Assembly: GCA_964487545.1 (NCBI GenBank)
Contig: CAZARI010000004.1
Coordinates: 42,365 to 106,364, forward strand
DNA from: an uncultured Cryomorphaceae bacterium
Lineage (GTDB): Bacteria > Bacteroidota > Bacteroidia > Flavobacteriales_D > SKUL01
DNA length: 64,000 nucleotides
Reading direction: 5' to 3'
Positions 48,972-59,641 of this stretch are shown piece by piece. A program made the position numbers and the translations under genes. The stretch's first letter is position 1, and every line of letters starts with the position of its first letter. Below the pieces are notes generated by a model. The model did no database searches. It saw only the letters and a program-made list of their open reading frames with translations, and was not told the DNA's origin.

Positions 48972-50870
48972 ATGAACAAATTTGCAATGGCCGCATTTTT
49001 CTTTGTCCTGATTTTATCGGGGTGCGGAAATCAACCCCTGCGAAAGGGAATCGCGGCATACAATGAAATGGCTTACGCAAATGCCATCACCAATCTTGAA
49101 AGGGCATTGGAAAAAGATCCCTCGAGTGCTGAAGCCAAAATTGCCCTGGCCAACGCATATAGATTGACCAACGATTATAAAAACGCGGAGAGGATGTATC
49201 GCGAGGTGGTGCAACTGCCCGATAGCAAACCCGAGCACAAACTGGAATATGCCCGTATTTTAATGTCGGCCAACAAGCACGATGAAGCTTCGAATATGAT
49301 CAGGCTTTATCTGCAGGATCGTCCTAACGACTCCGTGGCCAAGTCATTACTGGAAGCTTGCAACTATATTGAGCTATTTAAAGAAGACACCGCGGCCTAT
49401 CAACTTACCGCCCTTCCGTTATTTTCTAATGCATCGATGATGAGCCCGGTTAAATACAAAGAAGGCATTGCCTATGCGGCGGAACGCGAGGAAGGCGGAA
49501 AAACCAATCCATGGACTGGATACACCTATTACGATGTATACTACAGTTATATGCGGGATGGCGAATGGCAACCTCAAACCAAAATTGGTTCTAAAATGAC
49601 CGGCAAATACCACGAGGGGCCCATCACTTTTAACGTCGCTCAGGACTATGCCATTATTACCCGATCAAATTACGAGCGTGGAAGACGACTTTCGAAAAAC
49701 GAAGACGACATCAACAATCTGGGGCTTTACGAAACTTTTTTGCAGGACGGCGAATGGACCGAGCCAAAACCACTGCTGTTTAATAATGTAAACTACACCG
49801 TGAGCCACGCCAGTTTATGTGTCGATGGAAAAACAATGTACTTTGCATCAGACATGCCTGGCGGATTGGGCGGCAGTGACTTGTATGTCAGTACGCGCGA
49901 TGGTGAAAGTTGGAGCACCCCAAAAAACCTTGGACCGGTGATCAACACCCCTGGCAATGAAACTTTCCCAACCTGCTACAGCGAAAGCGTTCTCTATTTT
50001 TCGTCCGACGGACAACCCAGCTTGGGCGGTCTGGATATCTTTAAAACGGAAAAAACCGACGACGACTGGAGCACACCAAGCAATATGAATTTCCCCGTAA
50101 ACTCTACCGCCGACGACTTTTCAATTCTCTTTAATGAGGGTGATACCAGCGGATATCTAACCAGTAACCGACACGGAAACGACCGGATTTTTTCCTTTGT
50201 CAAAATTCCACCAGTAATCACCATCGACGGGCGAGCCATTAATAAAGATACTGGCGAACCCATTGCGGGAGTAACGGTCAAGCTGATCAATCAAACCGAC
50301 GGAACAGAAAAAACCATCACTTCCGGACCAGACGGCACCTTTTCATTTGATCTACAACCCGGAAAAGACTATCGAATTGAGGGCTCAAAAGACGGATTTT
50401 TTAACCAAAGCTTCGAGGTTTCGACCGGTGACAAACGCCGCTCCGAAACTGTTGATCTCACTTTTGAAATGGACCACCTGGTGATTGGCGGAGATCCGCC
50501 AAAATTCTATACTGTCGACAATATCTTTTACAACTACGATGAGTGGGAGATTCGCGACGACGCTGCGCGCGAGTTGGATAATCTGTCTACCCTTCTCAAA
50601 GACAATCCCAACTTGGTTATTGAACTTCACTCACACACCGATTCACGGGCCAGTCATTCCTACAATCAGCAGCTTTCAGAGAAAAGGGCTAAAGCTGCCG
50701 TAGATTATCTGGTCTCGAAAGGAATCCATAAGTCACGATTAGGCCATAAGGGCTTTGGAGAAACAAGACTGCTGAATCACTGTAAAGATGGGATAGAATG
50801 TTCTGAAGAGGAGCATCAGCAGAACCGACGAACCGAGTTCATCATTGTAAGTACTACCGAAGAGCAATAA
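48972..50870 (+). CDS. OmpA-family lipoprotein with TPR, PD40/TolB-like repeats and a CarboxypepD_reg-like module
   Basis: Lipobox ILSGC. N-terminal TPR-like repeats are present. PD40-like motifs are MYFASDMPGGLGGSDLYVS and LYFSSDGQPSLGGLDIF. The C-terminal OmpA motif is HTDSRASHSYNQQLSEKRAKAAVDYL...NRRTEF. Confidence 0.8.
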   Translation: MNKFAMAAFFFVLILSGCGNQPLRKGIAAYNEMAYANAITNLERALEKDPSSAEAKIALANAYRLTNDYKNAERMYREVVQLPDSKPEHKLEYARILMSANKHDEASNMIRLYLQDRPNDSVAKSLLEACNYIELFKEDTAAYQLTALPLFSNASMMSPVKYKEGIAYAAEREEGGKTNPWTGYTYYDVYYSYMRDGEWQPQTKIGSKMTGKYHEGPITFNVAQDYAIITRSNYERGRRLSKNEDDINNLGLYETFLQDGEWTEPKPLLFNNVNYTVSHASLCVDGKTMYFASDMPGGLGGSDLYVSTRDGESWSTPKNLGPVINTPGNETFPTCYSESVLYFSSDGQPSLGGLDIFKTEKTDDDWSTPSNMNFPVNSTADDFSILFNEGDTSGYLTSNRHGNDRIFSFVKIPPVITIDGRAINKDTGEPIAGVTVKLINQTDGTEKTITSGPDGTFSFDLQPGKDYRIEGSKDGFFNQSFEVSTGDKRRSETVDLTFEMDHLVIGGDPPKFYTVDNIFYNYDEWEIRDDAARELDNLSTLLKDNPNLVIELHSHTDSRASHSYNQQLSEKRAKAAVDYLVSKGIHKSRLGHKGFGETRLLNHCKDGIECSEEEHQQNRRTEFIIVSTTEEQ

Positions 50871-50880
50871 TCAATCTGTA

Positions 50881-50919
50881 CCGAAGCTGAACACCTTATG
50901 GTTTCAGCTTCGGGTTTTG
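50881..50919 (+). terminator. Hairpin terminator between convergent genes, overlapping the mazG-like stop
   Basis: Perfect 11-bp stem ccgaagctgaa / ttcagcttcgg followed by GTTTTGG. The right arm lies inside the last codons of the minus-strand gene. Confidence 0.6.
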
Positions 50920-51225
50920 GTGGTGCCGGTCTTTATCGCGATTGGTTTTCTTCTCTAAATTCCGTTCAAAGGCCGTGGTGAGATCAATGTCACATTGATT
51001 GGCCATGCAAAGCAACACCCACAAAACATCAGCCATCTCATCACCCAGATCGGCGTCTTTTTCATTTTCTTTTTCTGACTGATCACCGTATCGACGCGCC
51101 ATAATACGCGCCAACTCCCCCACCTCTTCTGTTAGAATAGCCATATTGGTCAGTTCACTGAAATAACGCACACCATGCGTTTTGATCCACTCGTCTACGA
51201 TCTGCTGGCTTTTACTGATGGTCAT
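50896..51225 (-). CDS. MazG-like nucleotide pyrophosphohydrolase
   Basis: 109 aa with EEVGELARI...LGDEMADVLWVLLCMAN, the MazG EExxE/ExxD helix pattern. Confidence 0.75.
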   Translation of the reverse strand: MTISKSQQIVDEWIKTHGVRYFSELTNMAILTEEVGELARIMARRYGDQSEKENEKDADLGDEMADVLWVLLCMANQCDIDLTTAFERNLEKKTNRDKDRHHQNPKLKP

Positions 51226-51242
51226 TGTCGCGAAGGATTAAT

Positions 51243-51695
51243 TTACTCTTTGTTTTTCGTGTCGATTATAATAGTCACCGGACCATCATTTACCAATTCT
51301 ACTTGCATCATGGCACCAAAGCGGCCGGTTTGAACCACCGCACCCGATGTGGCATTCATTTGATCAATAAAACACTCATACAGCGGAATGGCTTTTTCGG
51401 GGCGCGCCGCAAGAATAAAAGACGGTCGATTCCCCTTTTTGGTTTTGGCGTGCAGAGTGAACTGACTCACCACCAACACGCCGCCCTGAACCGCTTTCAC
51501 GGACAGGTTCATCAATCCTTCATCGTCAGAAAAAATTCTAAGCGAAGCAATTTTTGTAGCCAACCAAATGGCATCGGCAATTTCGTCATCGTGCTCAATT
51601 CCCAGCAAAATCAGCAACCCGGCATTAATTGATCCCGTTGATTTTCCTTCAACGCTCACCGAAGCACTCAACACCCGCTGAATTACAGCTCTCAT
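51243..51695 (-). CDS. dtd: D-aminoacyl-tRNA deacylase
   Basis: 150 aa: MRAVIQRV...SQFTL...GNRPSF...NDGPVT. Confidence 0.9.
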   Translation of the reverse strand: MRAVIQRVLSASVSVEGKSTGSINAGLLILLGIEHDDEIADAIWLATKIASLRIFSDDEGLMNLSVKAVQGGVLVVSQFTLHAKTKKGNRPSFILAARPEKAIPLYECFIDQMNATSGAVVQTGRFGAMMQVELVNDGPVTIIIDTKNKE

Positions 51696-52636
51696 TATTC
51701 GTATAGATTTTTGCGATACGCTTCGTTGTCCTCACCAAAATACAACTTCAGGTAGCTTTCATATCGGCTCCAGACAATCTCTTCATTTTCTACTGCCTCC
51801 TTTACTGCACAGTGGGGTTCATCCACATGAACACAATTATGAAAGCGGCACTGATGCATGCGACTGCGCATTTCGGGAAATCGCTCGGCAATTTCTTGCT
51901 TTTCAAAATCCACTAGTCCAAAACCTTTGATTCCCGGGGTATCGATAACATAGCCACCAATAGCTAAGGGGTGCATTTCTGCAAATGTGGTGGTGTGTTG
52001 TCCTGAAAAGTGAGCGCTTGAAATTTCGGCCGTTCGTAAATCAAGACTCGGATCCACCGCATTGATCAGCGTAGATTTTCCGACCCCACTGTGACCTGAG
52101 ATCAAACTTACTTTGTTGTGAAGAATTTTGCTGAGCTCGTCGATGCCCGTTCCATTTACCGCTGAAGTTTCGAGGCAACGGTAGCCAATGTTTTTGTAGA
52201 TGTCCGAAAAGTCCCGAAGTTCCGCGAGCGCCTCTTCAGAAAGCATATCAACTTTGTTAAATATCAGAATGGCAGGTATGTGATACGCCTCGGCGGTGAC
52301 CAGAAATCGGTCGATAAACGCTGGAAAAGTAACTGGTGCTTTTAATGTAACCACAAGAATGGCCTGGTCGATATTGGCGGCCAAAACATGCGAATGGTGC
52401 GAAAGATTCACAGAACGTCGAACAATATAATTTTTGCGCGGCTTAATGGCAGAAATCACCGCTGGTTCGTTATCGGTCACCTCTATCACCACCCGATCAC
52501 CTACGGCTACTGGGTTGGTGCTGCGGATACCCTTTAACCGTATTCTGCCGCGAATCTTGCAGTTGTGAATTTTTCCCTCATCATCCTGAACAGTATACCA
52601 GCTGCCCGTAGATTTTATGACTGTTCCTTCGATCAC
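51695..52636 (-). CDS. rsgA: Ribosome small-subunit-dependent GTPase A
   Basis: 313 aa with an OB-fold N-terminus, circularly permuted GTPase motifs ([17 protein letters not shown]) and a C-terminal zinc knuckle [14 protein letters not shown]. It has a 1-nt TAATG overlap with dtd. Confidence 0.9.
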   Translation of the reverse strand: MIEGTVIKSTGSWYTVQDDEGKIHNCKIRGRIRLKGIRSTNPVAVGDRVVIEVTDNEPAVISAIKPRKNYIVRRSVNLSHHSHVLAANIDQAILVVTLKAPVTFPAFIDRFLVTAEAYHIPAILIFNKVDMLSEEALAELRDFSDIYKNIGYRCLETSAVNGTGIDELSKILHNKVSLISGHSGVGKSTLINAVDPSLDLRTAEISSAHFSGQHTTTFAEMHPLAIGGYVIDTPGIKGFGLVDFEKQEIAERFPEMRSRMHQCRFHNCVHVDEPHCAVKEAVENEEIVWSRYESYLKLYFGEDNEAYRKNLYE

Positions 52637-52729
52637 CCTTCAAAATTACAATTAAGCATTGCACTTTTAACAAAACTTTTCCTAAGACAAACCCAATCAC
52701 AGCCCGAGTAATGATATCTTCGCGAAGCC

Positions 52730-53644
52730 ATGTCAATTCGAGTAGAAAACATATTCAAACGATACGATCAGCAACTCGCGCTAAACGATGTGAGCTTTCA
52801 GGTATCCTCGAGCGAAGTCGTAGGATTTCTGGGTCCTAACGGAGCCGGGAAAACCACCATGATGAAAATCCTGACCGGTTACATTCCTCCCACATCCGGA
52901 AAAGCAAGGGTATGCGAAAAGGATGTAATGGAAGAGTCGCTCACCGTTCGCAAAAAGGTAGGTTATCTTCCAGAGCATAACCCGCTTTACCTCGACATGT
53001 ACGTCAAGGAGTATCTGCGTTTTGTTGCTGGGATATACAAGCTCAAAAACAAAAAGCAACGCGTTAGCGATATGATTAACTTAGTGGGGCTCGGTCTGGA
53101 ACAAAACAAGCCCATAGGGGCGCTTTCAAAAGGATATCGGCAACGTGTAGGGTTGGCTCAGGCCATGATTCACGATCCGGAAGTGCTCATTCTTGACGAA
53201 CCAACCAGCGGACTTGACCCCAACCAACTCTCAGAAATCAGACAGTTGATAAAGACCATCGGTCGCGAAAAAACCGTTTTGCTCTCTACCCATATTATGC
53301 AGGAAGTAGAGGCACTTTGCGAGCGAGTGATCATCATAAACCACGGAAAAATAGTGGCCAACGACGCTGTGAATGTGTTGCTGCAACAAACGGGCAATCG
53401 CAAGGTGCTGGTGGTGGAGTTCAACCAGCCGGTTTCACCCAATAAACTCAAAAAAATCAATGGAGTAGATCACGTGGAGACCGTAGAAAACAACACCTAT
53501 CGCATCCATTACCACCAACAATCCGACTTGCGTGAAACCCTGTTTCAATTTGCTGTAGCCGAAAAACTGTCAGTTTTGACCTTGCGTCAGGAGGAACAGA
53601 AGCTAGAGGAAATATTTAAATCGCTGACTCATTCTGCAGATTGA
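52730..53644 (+). CDS. gldA: ABC transporter ATP-binding protein, GldA-like
   Basis: 304 aa with Walker A GPNGAGKTT, signature LSKGYRQR and Walker B LILDEP. The segment GYLPEHNPLYLDMYV resembles my recollection of Flavobacterium GldA. No adjacent permease gene. Confidence 0.5.
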   Translation: MSIRVENIFKRYDQQLALNDVSFQVSSSEVVGFLGPNGAGKTTMMKILTGYIPPTSGKARVCEKDVMEESLTVRKKVGYLPEHNPLYLDMYVKEYLRFVAGIYKLKNKKQRVSDMINLVGLGLEQNKPIGALSKGYRQRVGLAQAMIHDPEVLILDEPTSGLDPNQLSEIRQLIKTIGREKTVLLSTHIMQEVEALCERVIIINHGKIVANDAVNVLLQQTGNRKVLVVEFNQPVSPNKLKKINGVDHVETVENNTYRIHYHQQSDLRETLFQFAVAEKLSVLTLRQEEQKLEEIFKSLTHSAD

Positions 53645-53722
53645 ACAACTACCCCGTCACTTCTATTGGCACAAAACTAAAATTCCTAATTTAGCGCCTT
53701 TCATAAACGATACGTAAAATAC

Positions 53723-55015
53723 ATGCCCTATTATTTCACCTCTGAGTCCGTTTCCGAAGGACATCCCGATAAAATTGCTGATCAGATATCTGATGCGCTC
53801 ATTGATCACTTCATCGCATTTGACGAAAACTCGAAAGTCGCTTGTGAAACTATGGTCACCACCGGACAAGTAATTGTTGCAGGTGAAGTAAAGTCCAACA
53901 CCTATCTGGATATTCAGAAGATTGTGCGCAATGTGATTTCGAAAATCGGATACAACAAAAGCGAGTATATGTTTGATGCCAACTCGTGTGGAATCCTTTC
54001 GGCGATTCACGAGCAGAGCGCCGACATCAATCAAGGCGTTGATAAGCCAAACAAAGAAGATCAGGGTGCCGGAGATCAGGGAATGATGTTTGGCTACGCT
54101 TGCCGCGAAACAGACCATTTCATGCCGCTGGGTATCGAATTAGCCCATACTTTGCTAAAGATTTTGGCTGATATCCGCAAGTCGGGATCGGAAATGCGCT
54201 ACCTACGACCTGATTCCAAGGCCCAGGTCACCATTCTATACAGCGACGACCACCAGCCATTGAAAATAGATTCAATTGTTATCTCTACGCAGCACGACGA
54301 GTTTGAATTACCAGCAAGCGACCAGCCAGAAGCCAAATTGAAAGCCGAAAAGCTGATGCAACAAACCATAGAGGATGATATTAAAAAGCACCTAATTCCT
54401 AAGGTGGAAAAGGCCCTGCCTCATCGCGTGCGACAACTTTTCAACTCACCCATCAAATACCACATCAATCCTACAGGAAAATTTGTAATTGGCGGGCCTC
54501 ACGGTGACACCGGTCTTACTGGTAGAAAAATCATTGTTGACACTTATGGTGGACGTGGAGCTCACGGTGGCGGTGCATTTTCAGGAAAAGACCCTTCGAA
54601 AGTAGACCGTTCGGCGGCCTATGCCACACGACACATTGCCAAAAATTTGGTTGCTGCCGACATTTGTGATGAAGTTTTGGTGCAGGTTTCATACGCCATC
54701 GGCATAGCCGAGCCAACTGGCATATATGTAAACACCTACGGAACGGCCAAGGTAGATTTGAACGACGGAGAGATTGCCGAAGTCATTAAGTCTGTGTTTG
54801 ACATGCGCCCTTATGCCATTGAACAAAGGCTGAAGTTGCGCAATCCGATTTATGAGGAAACAGCAGCGTATGGACACATGGGTCGAGAACCAGAAATAAA
54901 AGAAGTTTCATTTAAAAGTTCAAACGGCGATGAGGTCACCCGCAAAGTCGAACTCTTTACTTGGGAGAAACTCGATTATGTGGACCGATTGAAATCGGCT
55001 TTTAACATCCACTAA
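53723..55015 (+). CDS. metK: S-adenosylmethionine synthase
   Basis: 430 aa with [19 protein letters not shown] and GGGAFSGKD motifs. Confidence 0.95.
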   Translation: MPYYFTSESVSEGHPDKIADQISDALIDHFIAFDENSKVACETMVTTGQVIVAGEVKSNTYLDIQKIVRNVISKIGYNKSEYMFDANSCGILSAIHEQSADINQGVDKPNKEDQGAGDQGMMFGYACRETDHFMPLGIELAHTLLKILADIRKSGSEMRYLRPDSKAQVTILYSDDHQPLKIDSIVISTQHDEFELPASDQPEAKLKAEKLMQQTIEDDIKKHLIPKVEKALPHRVRQLFNSPIKYHINPTGKFVIGGPHGDTGLTGRKIIVDTYGGRGAHGGGAFSGKDPSKVDRSAAYATRHIAKNLVAADICDEVLVQVSYAIGIAEPTGIYVNTYGTAKVDLNDGEIAEVIKSVFDMRPYAIEQRLKLRNPIYEETAAYGHMGREPEIKEVSFKSSNGDEVTRKVELFTWEKLDYVDRLKSAFNIH

Positions 55016-55025
55016 GCGGCCGCTT

Positions 55026-57176
55026 TCAATAGTCGGCATTGGCGGCCCAATTAAGCTTTACCGTTTTTTCATTGAGCGATTTCAGACCGTTATAAAGGGC
55101 ACTGATGAGATGCGCTTTATCGGGTTCGACCTTTTCTGAAATGATATTGTGCATTGCCGTAATCGTGATTTGATTAGACGACGTTTGTTGTACATCAAAC
55201 ATCACTGAGCCAAATCTGTTTTGAAGCGAAAGGTGCAGCTCCTCTTGATTCTGTAACTCAACACCACGATCGAAATTGATCATGATTCGCACAAAGTCGT
55301 TTCCGGTAAAATCAGGGTAAAAAGGCAGCACCCGCGGTTGGTGGTCAAATTCGGGCCAATGCACAAAATTAAACCAGCCGTTCAGCGGCAGAGCATAATC
55401 TGAATTCAAATCCTGTGTTGCGGCTACTGCAAGCGACACCTCCATGTTGTATTTGCGCCGATAAGGTGCATAAACGCCCGCAAGCGTTTTTTCTGTTTTG
55501 GTATAAACCGCTTCTTTTCCCCAAAATAATTTTTTGTTGTATAATGGATTAATGCTGCTATCAATCCGTCCAAAGTCATAGAGCGATCGGGTGAGGGTAC
55601 TGAATTGGCCGGTGAGTTCGGTTTCCAGTTTGGCTAAAGCCGTATGATCGGTAGTATTTAACACCATTCTCACCTCACTATGGCGATAGTTTTCATCCAG
55701 AGCACCGGGCAAGCTGATTACCAAAGGTTGGAAAGCGGGATCGAAAAACAAATAATCAATATCCACCAGATAAGCTGGTGTCCCGGCCAAATAAAACGGA
55801 TATTCATTAACCTCGTAGCCAAACTGGTCTTTTTTCGGGAAATAGAGATTCAGATAATTCTCGTCGGGCACCGCAAAAGAAAAGTCGTTGAAATAAATGT
55901 TTGAAGTGTAATTATCGGAGATGGTGCCGATTCGAGAATCGAGCATATAGGCTGTAAAATACTGAATATCCAGCATGTAAATCAATCGGGCGTAGATGTG
56001 ATACCGACTGGACTCTCTCATTTCCTTATTAGCAACTTGATCACCTACTTTTTCGAGCGACATGTCTTTCCCCTCGTATAATCGGCGATCGTGCAAGAGT
56101 GTGAAATCGTTTGCGATCACCGTGTTGATTTTGTCAAACCGCAGTGCAGTTCGGTTTTGTGGAATTCCAAGCGTTTCCGTTTCAATAAAGCGCTTAAGTT
56201 GGTGCGTTTGCCAGTCGCCACTATTATCCAGCGCCCGGCTGCGAATACGAAATGCGTTTCTTTCGTGATAGCGAAGCAGGCTGAGTAAATAATGAGCGGT
56301 AAACTCCCGTCCGGATTCCGGATGACGGTAGTTATATCTCGGACTTTTGATATTGATCGAGTAGATCAGGTGAGGCAAATCTTCTGAAGGTCGGATACCT
56401 ACTTCAGCCACATTTCCTTCTAGGTTCTGGTTTTTCCAAACCCTGGTGGTCCTTTTAGATTGGGTAAAGACTTTGTCCGGTTCTACACCCGATATTTCGG
56501 TTGCCAGATGACGTGGTGTGGTAATCTCAATGCGTTGTTTCTGCACAGGGTAATTGCGGTTAAAAAATATCCGGTTGGAATTAACAAATGCCCAATTGGA
56601 TTTGTACGGTACTTCGTATTTGTAATGCACCTCAATTTCATCGCCCAGTTGAAGATTGTGTAGGTTGAATGCATACCTGAATTGGGTTTGGGTGCGCTCA
56701 TTAATCACAATGGTATCGCGCAAAAACTCGTCACTAAAACCAATTTCCTGCGTTGATTCGTTTGGCAAAATTTTTCTGGCAGCAAAGTGCACCATTTTAA
56801 CCTCGAGGTAATCTGCCACCAGCGAGTCGATAGGAAATCTGGCAGGTTTGTTTCTGCCGTCAAAAAAAGGATCGTGTGATTCGGGTATTAAGATCCGGCT
56901 AAACGGAAGTTGACCGCTGACCGGCGCCTGCAGTTTGATACGTTGTTTGCGTTCGAAATAAATGTATATGAAGTCATCTTTCATTCCGCGAACAGAAACA
57001 TTAAGCTGGTCATCGAGAATTACGGCCCTGGAATTTTCAAACCGGCTGTCTACAGCAAGCGGCTCAACCTTTTCGTCGGGCCATTGGCTTTTAAAAGTCG
57101 GAAGCGGGTGATACTGAGCAAGAGTCTGGTAAGCAGGGATTAACCATAATAAAAGGAGAATGATTGACTGGTTCAT
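55026..57176 (-). CDS. Hypothetical secreted protein (716 aa)
   Basis: I prefer the start MNQSIILLLLWLIPAYQTLAQ at 57176, which avoids overlap with der. No catalytic motif recognised. Confidence 0.5.
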   Translation of the reverse strand: MNQSIILLLLWLIPAYQTLAQYHPLPTFKSQWPDEKVEPLAVDSRFENSRAVILDDQLNVSVRGMKDDFIYIYFERKQRIKLQAPVSGQLPFSRILIPESHDPFFDGRNKPARFPIDSLVADYLEVKMVHFAARKILPNESTQEIGFSDEFLRDTIVINERTQTQFRYAFNLHNLQLGDEIEVHYKYEVPYKSNWAFVNSNRIFFNRNYPVQKQRIEITTPRHLATEISGVEPDKVFTQSKRTTRVWKNQNLEGNVAEVGIRPSEDLPHLIYSINIKSPRYNYRHPESGREFTAHYLLSLLRYHERNAFRIRSRALDNSGDWQTHQLKRFIETETLGIPQNRTALRFDKINTVIANDFTLLHDRRLYEGKDMSLEKVGDQVANKEMRESSRYHIYARLIYMLDIQYFTAYMLDSRIGTISDNYTSNIYFNDFSFAVPDENYLNLYFPKKDQFGYEVNEYPFYLAGTPAYLVDIDYLFFDPAFQPLVISLPGALDENYRHSEVRMVLNTTDHTALAKLETELTGQFSTLTRSLYDFGRIDSSINPLYNKKLFWGKEAVYTKTEKTLAGVYAPYRRKYNMEVSLAVAATQDLNSDYALPLNGWFNFVHWPEFDHQPRVLPFYPDFTGNDFVRIMINFDRGVELQNQEELHLSLQNRFGSVMFDVQQTSSNQITITAMHNIISEKVEPDKAHLISALYNGLKSLNEKTVKLNWAANADY

Positions 57177-57237
57177 TTGGTTGGTTTTGTTGAAATTACA
57201 ACAAAATCCGTACCGGTCAAGAACAAAACCAGCAATA

Positions 57238-58554
57238 TTATTTCTTCCTAAAAAAGACATTTATCGGCACGCCAGTGAGCGGGAAAGCAGCGCGTAGCTT
57301 GTTCTCCAGAAACCGTTTGTACGGATCTTTGACGTATTGGGGCAAGTTGCAGAAGAACGCGAAACTGGGAACACGCGTAGGCAGTTGCATTACGTATTTG
57401 ATTTTCACGTACTTTCCTTTGTAGGCCGGCGGTGGATTGTGCTCAATGACTTTGAGCATCACATCGTTTAATTTTGATGTTGGAATACGCTGCTGCCGAT
57501 TGTGATACACCTCAAGGCCTGCTTCGAGGGCTTTCAGAACGCGTTGCTTGGTTAGTGCTGATACAAAAAGTATGGGAACATCAGTGAACGGTGCAATTCT
57601 TTCTTTTATCTGGGCTTCAATTTTTTTGGTCGTACTGTGGTCTTTTTCTATTAAGTCCCATTTATTGACAAGAATAACCAACCCCTTTTTATTGCGTTGA
57701 ATTACCGACAAAATATTCAGATCCTGGCTTTGGACACCTTCTGAAGCGTCGATCATTAGAAAGCAAACATCACTATTTTCTATGGCGCGTATGGAACGGA
57801 TGACGGAGTAAAACTCAAGGTCTTCGTGCACCTTTCCTTTTTTGCGGATACCCGCCGTATCCATCAACATAAAGTCGAAGCCAAATGATTGGTATCGCGC
57901 ACCAATGGTATCGCGGGTTGTTCCGGCCACGTCGGTCACAATATTGCGTTCTTCGCCAGTAAGTGCATTAATCAGTGAAGACTTTCCAACGTTGGGTTTT
58001 CCGACAACGGCAAACCGCGGCAGTTCATCCTCTTCGTTATTTTCTTCCTCCTGGCTGGGTAAAATCCGCACCAGCTCATCCAATAACTCGCCCGTTCCGC
58101 TTCCATTGGCTGCCGAAATTCCGTACACTTCTCCTAATCCGAGTTTATAGAATTCGGCTGTGTAAGATGTTTTATCGGGTGAATCGATTTTATTGCAAAC
58201 CAACAACACCGGTTTTCCTGCACGTCGGAGCATATTGGCAACCACTTCGTCTAGGTCAGTTACGCCCGTTTGCCAGTCAACCAGAAACAAGATAACAGAA
58301 GCCTCTTCAATGGCCAGCTCTACTTGACGTTTAATGGCCTGTTCAAAGACATCGTCGGAGTTGATGGTATAGCCACCAGTATCGATCACCGAAAATGTTC
58401 GTCCCACCCACTCTGCTTTTCCGTAGTGTCTGTCACGGGTAACGCCGCTGGTTGGATCAACAATAGCATCGCGGCTTTCGGTGAGCCGATTAAAAAAAGT
58501 GGATTTTCCGACGTTGGGCCTGCCAACTATTGCAACCATGTTTCCCATCTTCAA
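57238..58554 (-). CDS. der: Ribosome biogenesis GTPase Der (EngA)
   Basis: Two tandem GTPase domains (GRPNVGKST and GKPNVGKSS) plus a KH-like C-terminus. The start is ambiguous among the first three Met codons. Confidence 0.9.
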   Translation of the reverse strand: MKMGNMVAIVGRPNVGKSTFFNRLTESRDAIVDPTSGVTRDRHYGKAEWVGRTFSVIDTGGYTINSDDVFEQAIKRQVELAIEEASVILFLVDWQTGVTDLDEVVANMLRRAGKPVLLVCNKIDSPDKTSYTAEFYKLGLGEVYGISAANGSGTGELLDELVRILPSQEEENNEEDELPRFAVVGKPNVGKSSLINALTGEERNIVTDVAGTTRDTIGARYQSFGFDFMLMDTAGIRKKGKVHEDLEFYSVIRSIRAIENSDVCFLMIDASEGVQSQDLNILSVIQRNKKGLVILVNKWDLIEKDHSTTKKIEAQIKERIAPFTDVPILFVSALTKQRVLKALEAGLEVYHNRQQRIPTSKLNDVMLKVIEHNPPPAYKGKYVKIKYVMQLPTRVPSFAFFCNLPQYVKDPYKRFLENKLRAAFPLTGVPINVFFRKK

Positions 58555-59433
58555 CTACCGATATCCGTATTTATCCAACTTCCGATCCTGGTCTCTCCAG
58601 TTCTCGTCAACTTTGACATACAATTCAAGAAAGACCTTTTGATCCAGAAATTTCTCCATGTCTTTTCGCGCGGCAGTGCCCACTTTCTTTAACTGCTGTC
58701 CTTGGTGGCCGATAAGGATTCCTTTTTGCGATTTTCTTTCAACATATATCACCGCGCGAATCCTAATAATATCCGGTTCCTCCTGAAACGATTCAATTTC
58801 AACCTGACTGGAATACGGTATTTCCTTTTGGTAGTTGAGTAATATTTTTTCGCGGATGATTTCGGCCACAAAAAAACGAACCGGCCGATCGGACAACTCT
58901 TCCTTATCGTAGTAGGGCGGCCCTTCTGGCAACAACGAAACGATTTGTTCCATTACGGCCTCCAGATTAAAACGGTGCAATGCCGATACCGGAATGACCG
59001 TTGCCTTTGGCGATTGCTGTTGAATAATATCCATTACTTCTGCCACCTCTTCCTGGGTCAGTAAATCGACCTTATTGAGCAGCACCAATAACGGAACCTC
59101 GAGTTTATTCAACCTGTCGAGCAACTGTTCATCAATCTTACCGCGCTCACCTGCATCAGAAATGTAAATCATGACATCGGCGTCAGCAAACGCAGATTCC
59201 ACAAAGCGCATCATTCTCTCCTGCATTCCATATGCAGGCTGCAAAACTCCAGGAGTATCGGAAAACACGATCTGGTATTCCGGTTCATTCAGGATTCCAA
59301 TAATTCGATGGCGCGTAGTTTGGGCCTTCGGGGTAATTATTGAGAGCTGCTCGCCGATTATGGCGTTCATCAAGGTAGACTTGCCGACATTTGGTTTTCC
59401 AATAATATTGACAAATCCTGCCTTGTGTTTCAT
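58555..59433 (-). CDS. era: GTPase Era
   Basis: I prefer the start [20 protein letters not shown] at 59433. The longer ORF would run into the tRNA-fMet gene. The C-terminus is a KH domain. Confidence 0.9.
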   Translation of the reverse strand: MKHKAGFVNIIGKPNVGKSTLMNAIIGEQLSIITPKAQTTRHRIIGILNEPEYQIVFSDTPGVLQPAYGMQERMMRFVESAFADADVMIYISDAGERGKIDEQLLDRLNKLEVPLLVLLNKVDLLTQEEVAEVMDIIQQQSPKATVIPVSALHRFNLEAVMEQIVSLLPEGPPYYDKEELSDRPVRFFVAEIIREKILLNYQKEIPYSSQVEIESFQEEPDIIRIRAVIYVERKSQKGILIGHQGQQLKKVGTAARKDMEKFLDQKVFLELYVKVDENWRDQDRKLDKYGYR

Positions 59434-59444
59434 TTCCCCGAAAA

Positions 59445-59476
59445 TTTGGAATACAAAGAAACAAAATATATATTTG
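59445..59476 (+). promoter_or_regulatory. Candidate Bacteroidota promoter for tRNA-fMet
   Basis: TTTG at 59445-59448 and TATATTTG (TAnnTTTG) at 59469-59476, with a 20-nt spacer, 39 nt upstream of the tRNA 5' end. Confidence 0.45.
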
Positions 59477-59514
59477 CACTCCCATTCCGAAAGCGGATTA
59501 AATGGAAAAGATAT

Positions 59515-59587
<73 letters not shown>

Positions 59588-59594
59588 CTAATGA

Positions 59595-59631
59595 AGAGGT
59601 TGTCAAATTTTGGCAGCCTCTTTTTTTTTTA
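59595..59631 (+). terminator. Rho-independent terminator after tRNA-fMet
   Basis: Stem agaggttgtc / ggcagcctct (two G-U pairs) followed by a T-run of at least 10. Confidence 0.75.
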
Positions 59632-59641
59632 ATCCATTGGC

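Noticed and set aside
53645-53722. Possible SAM riboswitch upstream of metK.
   Set aside because: The spacer is only 78 nt, which is too short for SAM-I. I saw no matching helices.
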